Shown here: positions 47,914-49,305 of the stretch, piece after piece | How the letters are laid out: each line of letters starts with the position of its first letter | Numbering within the stretch: the first letter of the stretch is position 1 | Assembly (NCBI GenBank): GCA_035484035.1 | Contig: DATHPI010000119.1 | Coordinates: 1-49,305 of the forward strand | Length of the DNA: 49,305 nt | Source of the DNA: Chthoniobacterales bacterium | Lineage (GTDB): Bacteria; Verrucomicrobiota; Verrucomicrobiia; Chthoniobacterales; JAFAMB01 | Reading direction: 5' to 3' | Translations under genes and position numbers: made by a program | Notes under the pieces: generated by a model | Seen by the model: the letters and a program-made list of their open reading frames with translations, nothing else | Told to the model about the DNA's origin: nothing | The model's database searches: none

Positions 47914-49002
47914 TCACGACTGTGTGCCGTAGATCATGTTGACCGCCTGAGCTGTTGCAACGAGCCGTTCGCGGAGACCCGGAGGAAGCCTTTTACCCTC
48001 GTGTGCTGACAGAATCAAAACATCCCCGCCAATCGTGACGCAGACCTGGAAAGCGTCACTGGAAATTGTCGCAAAACTCGGCGGGCCTCCTTCAATGTCC
48101 TGCGTGAAGCCCCGCAGATGCCTTACAAAGTCGGGAGTCAAACTAAGCAGTCCCTCACTGAGTCCTCCGCTTAACCCGCCTCCGAGGACAGCGCCGTCTG
48201 ACAGCATAATGACCACTCCCGCAACTCCAGGAAGTTGCAAGATCAGCGATGCGACCTTGGAACCGTCGAGCGGTTCGTCGGTAAGATAGAGCTCCTGAAG
48301 GCGCGCATAACCTTGACGACGCTTCTTTTCGCTCTGAATATTTGGAGCGCCAGCGATAAGAACAGCACCTGCTGAGTCCGGATGGCCCGATTCCAGCACG
48401 GGAAACAATTCCTCAATCACCGGTTTGGGCGGCTCCTCGCGAACCACCTGACTCTCAAGATCATTCTGAGTTCCGTTCGTCGCACTGGGTTGGACGATTT
48501 TTCCAATAGATTTATCGAATGCCGTCGGAATGGCAGTCGTCTCGTATGACCGGATTTTACCCGGGCGATCCGCGCGCCCGTTCTTAAATCTTGCTTCATC
48601 CTCGCGAGCGAGCTGCCCAAAGGGTGTATCAAAATCCTCCAGATCCGCTTCTTCCGGGGAGACGCCCGCAAACACATCCTGTAGCTGCGTCACTACCGCC
48701 CGGAGAGGAATAGTAAACTCGGTACCGGGGTTCGGAGGTTTCTCAAATAAGCCAGGATAAAGCTCGTGCAACACCGCCCCCTTGATCCGGGTTCGTCCCT
48801 CAAGGATGCCCAGAATCTTATCCGCTTTGACGCTGATCGCACCGCCGACTTTGCTCCAAACAACGGAGGCGGGCGATTGTCCGTCGAACAATTCTCCTTC
48901 ACGAACGAGCACATCCCGCTCGTTTAAAATCTCCCTCGTATTATCCCTGGCGACAGGAAGAGCGCCCTCTTCTTTTCGTTTGAACAATCTTTGGAAATCC
49001 AT
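47914..49002 (-). CDS. Hypothetical protein with C-terminal Roadblock/LC7-like domain and unrecognised ~230-aa N-terminal region
   Basis: 362 aa with an ATG start. The C-terminus ASLILQLPGVAGVVIMLSDGAVLGGGL...LTPDFVRHLRGFTQDIEGGPPSFATISSDAFQVCVTIGGDVLILSAHEG repeats the Roadblock pattern. The middle is acidic and low-complexity. Confidence 0.6.
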   Translation of the reverse strand: MDFQRLFKRKEEGALPVARDNTREILNERDVLVREGELFDGQSPASVVWSKVGGAISVKADKILGILEGRTRIKGAVLHELYPGLFEKPPNPGTEFTIPLRAVVTQLQDVFAGVSPEEADLEDFDTPFGQLAREDEARFKNGRADRPGKIRSYETTAIPTAFDKSIGKIVQPSATNGTQNDLESQVVREEPPKPVIEELFPVLESGHPDSAGAVLIAGAPNIQSEKKRRQGYARLQELYLTDEPLDGSKVASLILQLPGVAGVVIMLSDGAVLGGGLSGGLSEGLLSLTPDFVRHLRGFTQDIEGGPPSFATISSDAFQVCVTIGGDVLILSAHEGKRLPPGLRERLVATAQAVNMIYGTQS

Positions 49003-49102
49003 TTCGATAAACTCGGCAGTCTAAACAGCATTTTCGTCCAAAGGCAATTTGTTTCATCGGAGTATTACGTTTTATAATATCAGTTGTCAACGATCCATAA
49101 GT

Positions 49103-49193
49103 CTAGTGCATCGTCTCATATGTAGCTGGCATATGGCCGCGGCCCGGAGGGTTGCATTGAAAATGGCCGGCTACATATGAGACGATGCACTAG
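49103..49193. repeat. Perfect 24-bp inverted repeat (28 bp with one mismatch) around a ~35-43-nt spacer
   Basis: ctagtgcatcgtctcatatgtagc (49103-49126) is the exact reverse complement of gctacatatgagacgatgcactag (49170-49193). The arms extend by tggc/gccg. It lies ~100 bp upstream of the 47914..49002 gene, next to an AT-rich stretch (ttttataatatc). Confidence 0.95.
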
Positions 49194-49305
49194 TCAACGG
49201 TAGAGATGAAGGGCGATCCAAATCCCGCGATGCGGAGGGTATACCGAACCCAGGCTTTCGTAGACATCTCCAGACACCACAGCGCGCAGATCGGTTGACC
49301 CGAAT
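49194..49305 (-). CDS. Possible 3' end of an unidentified gene entering from the right edge
   Basis: The minus-strand frame reads ...FGSTDLRAVVSGDVYESLGSVYPPHRGIWIALHLYR* with the stop at 49196-49194, abutting the inverted repeat. It is too short to classify. Confidence 0.3.
   Translation of the reverse strand, partial: FGSTDLRAVVSGDVYESLGSVYPPHRGIWIALHLYR

Noticed and set aside
49127-49160. Sigma-54 promoter-like GG...TTGCA in the loop of the 24-bp palindrome
   Set aside because: The GG-to-GC spacing is 11 nt rather than 10, and the -24 element is CGGCCC rather than TGGCAC. It also points away from the nearest gene.

Overview
This window looks like a mostly housekeeping chromosomal segment from a moderately GC-rich bacterium. 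It is probably a member of the PVC superphylum (Verrucomicrobiota-like). That placement is an inference from a stand-alone SWIB-domain gene, a DUF1800/DUF1501 gene pair and several families of short intergenic palindromic repeats. From left to right the window contains the following. (1) A complete F1Fo ATP synthase operon on the minus strand (atpBEFHAGDC; atpC runs off the left edge). (2) A GT4 glycosyltransferase, SWIB protein, TVP38-family membrane protein and beta-CASP metallo-beta-lactamase nuclease. (3) DUF1800/DUF1501 and a metallophosphoesterase. (4) An AttH-like lipocalin with a double-FtsX ABC permease, then an LptF/G-type permease. (5) A DinG/XPD-like Fe-S helicase translationally coupled to a SAM methyltransferase. 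(6) A sigma-54 enhancer-binding response regulator. (7) A sugar ABC importer (binding protein plus two permeases). (8) CHAD protein, Hsp20 and Lon. (9) A four-gene enzyme cluster (SDR, YfcE-like phosphoesterase, methyltransferase, rhodanese). (10) An AI-2E transporter, CPBP protease, galM, gltA, PPK2 and an SRPBCC protein. (11) At the right end, a less ordinary block: a secreted Gly/Tyr/His tetrapeptide-repeat protein, a lipoprotein, and a tightly coupled three-gene operon. That operon encodes two Roadblock/LC7 (MglB-like) proteins and a membrane-anchored VirB10/TrbI-like protein, and a perfect 24-bp inverted repeat lies upstream of it. I saw no rRNA, tRNA, CRISPR array, transposase, integrase or recognisable defence genes. 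The best candidate for an undescribed system is the Roadblock/VirB10-like operon. All family calls rest on motifs read by eye in the supplied translations; no searches were run.
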